This document shows positions 59,080 through 60,321 of a stretch of 60,321 nt of DNA, one piece after another. Numbering within the stretch: the first letter of the stretch is position 1; each line of letters starts with the position of its first letter. Origin of the DNA: Pseudomonadota bacterium (GTDB taxonomy: Bacteria; Pseudomonadota; Alphaproteobacteria; Rhodobacterales; Rhodobacteraceae); the NCBI GenBank assembly GCA_039024825.1, contig JBCCPQ010000001.1, positions 1 through 60,321 of the forward strand, written 5' to 3'. A program made the translations under genes and the position numbers. The notes below the pieces were generated by a model. That model saw only the letters and a program-made list of their open reading frames with translations, ran no database searches and was not told the DNA's origin.

Positions 59080-59470
59080 ATGAAGACCTTATCGCCCTCG
59101 GTACCCTGTCCTGCCTCGCCACCGCCGCGGCGGCGCAGGATGCCGGTCGCCGAAATCTGTTGGGATGCGGCTCTCCGTGCTGGGCTACGGCGACTTGAAA
59201 ATCTACTGTGGCTTGCGACCCGACCGTCCGTGGCTGGATCGCGCAACGCTCGCGTGGACGGAGAGTAGTTTCCAGGCGCTCGGTGGGGCCGTGGGGCGTG
59301 GAATGCGGCGTCGGGGCGTGCGTCATACCGAGATCGCGGCAAAGGCGGACGCGCTCGACGCGACCTTCGTGATCGGCGCGGGCGGCCAGATGTTAAGCCG
59401 GTCCGGGACCGCCGACGAATTAATCGCGTCCAGCCACCTCTTACGGATGCGGGAGGTCATCACCCGTTAG
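59080..59470 (+). pseudogene. Possible frameshifted gene for a secreted protein
   Basis: GGGAG RBS + ATGAAGACC, then a signal-like LIALGTLSCLATAAAAQD in another frame and a 101-aa tail in a third. Confidence 0.35.
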
Positions 59471-60006
59471 GTCGACGCGCACGTCGCGGACACGCTTGGC
59501 CCCCCTAATCGCCGCCTCGCTGGACTGCGACATGGGGCCAAGGCATGCTTCGTCGTAGTCGGCGAATGCCCTTGGTACGAACGCGGCCTGGCCCCGCATA
59601 CGGAATGCGGCCCATGGTCGTTCTCACCGTCGGATGGGCGCGCCTGCTTTGTTGGACTGACCTTCCCCACGATCGCGATATACCGTCTCGTAAAATAGCA
59701 TAGCCGGACAATAGGGGCGGATGTCATCTACTTGGGGCCAACTTCCGTGTCGTTAGTAGATGACACGCGGTATAGACCATATCGGGTCGAGTTTGGCTTC
59801 GCCGCCACGCCATCCCCTTTACGCTAGGTCAAGGAGATCATAAAAAGGGTTAGCAGCGACTTTCTAGTACTCAGGCTGAGCATGTAGCTAGGCCTGCAAA
59901 TGGCCAAGGTGAAGCGCGGTCACGAAGAGACGGTCAGAAGCGTGCAGAACTTTGGCCGCCTCGATGACGTCTTCGAACGGACTGGATCTTCAATCGATGA
60001 CAAACA

Positions 60007-60033
60007 GCAAAGGGGCCCGAAAGGCCCCCTTGC
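60007..60033 (-). terminator. Probable intrinsic terminator of the RTX-type gene
   Basis: Minus strand GCAAGGGGGCC-TTTCG-GGCCCCTTTGC followed by TGTTTG. Confidence 0.65.
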
Positions 60034-60053
60034 ACGCGTGTCAGCTGATCTCA

Positions 60054-60321
60054 TCAGACCAGTAGAGCATCGTCATCGACTTTCGTCTGGATTCCAGCCA
60101 GATCGAGCACGGTCCCGTCGGCGAACTCGACTTTCTCCATGCGCTCATACGAGCTCACGAAGTGATCGATGACGGTGATGGTCTCGCCGGCGACGGCCAT
60201 GACCAGATCGCCGCCGCCATTGCGCGAGAACTGGACGTCGTCGGCAGTCAGGTCGGTGAAGACGAAGGTGTCGGTGCGATTGTTGTTGTAGGAGGCGGTC
60301 TCCTGGATCACGTCCGACCCG
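60054..60321 (-). CDS. C-terminus of a hemolysin-type calcium-binding (RTX-related) protein, partial
   Basis: GSDVIQE...DVQFSRNGGGDLVM...ETITVIDHF...MEKVEFADGTVLD, the HCBP-related repeat pattern. Confidence 0.85.
   Translation of the reverse strand, partial: GSDVIQETASYNNNRTDTFVFTDLTADDVQFSRNGGGDLVMAVAGETITVIDHFVSSYERMEKVEFADGTVLDLAGIQTKVDDDALLV

Noticed and set aside
1-60321. rRNA, tRNA or replication initiator genes
   Set aside because: None recognised by eye; plasmid vs ICE cannot be decided from this window

Overview
GC-rich alphaproteobacterial (Rhodobacteraceae-like) mobile DNA, probably a plasmid or ICE; no rep gene lies in the window. (1) 1-10.6 kb: an IS3 end inserted into a tyrosine-recombinase remnant, several small orphan genes, and an intact-looking short tyrosine recombinase, interspersed with a 68-nt bipartite repeat of fixed length. 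This block also holds a phosphite uptake/oxidation module (ptxABC divergent from ptxDE, with a Pho box) and another recombinase pseudogene. (2) 10.7-17 kb: MOBQ oriT and MobA/MobL relaxase, followed by an AT-richer cluster of secreted trypsin-fold proteins (a catalytically dead trypsin, a GH19-PG-binding-V8 protease fusion, an active trypsin) and a small Cys-rich protein. (3) 17.5-48.5 kb: a conjugative backbone (ardC, DUF3768, parB-like, strawberry-notch helicase, DUF736, ParDE-type TA, DUF2493, VirD2-like relaxase, virD4, virB operon) with at least four disabling lesions, one of them in the relaxase. (4) 48.9-59 kb: a SARP/TPR regulator and a protease-rich locus. It encodes a Tat-exported PAP2/haloperoxidase-subtilase fusion with a (GR)11 tract, a trypsin, and an 11-bp-phased operator array. 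It then encodes an acidic-leader/cationic-core peptide precursor, a Glu-specific protease and a lipase-protease fusion. (5) The 3' end of an RTX-type protein at the right edge. The best candidates for undescribed systems are the Glu-protease-activated cationic peptide locus and the recombinase-linked 68-nt repeat/cassette array. All family calls come from motifs recognised by eye; no searches were run.
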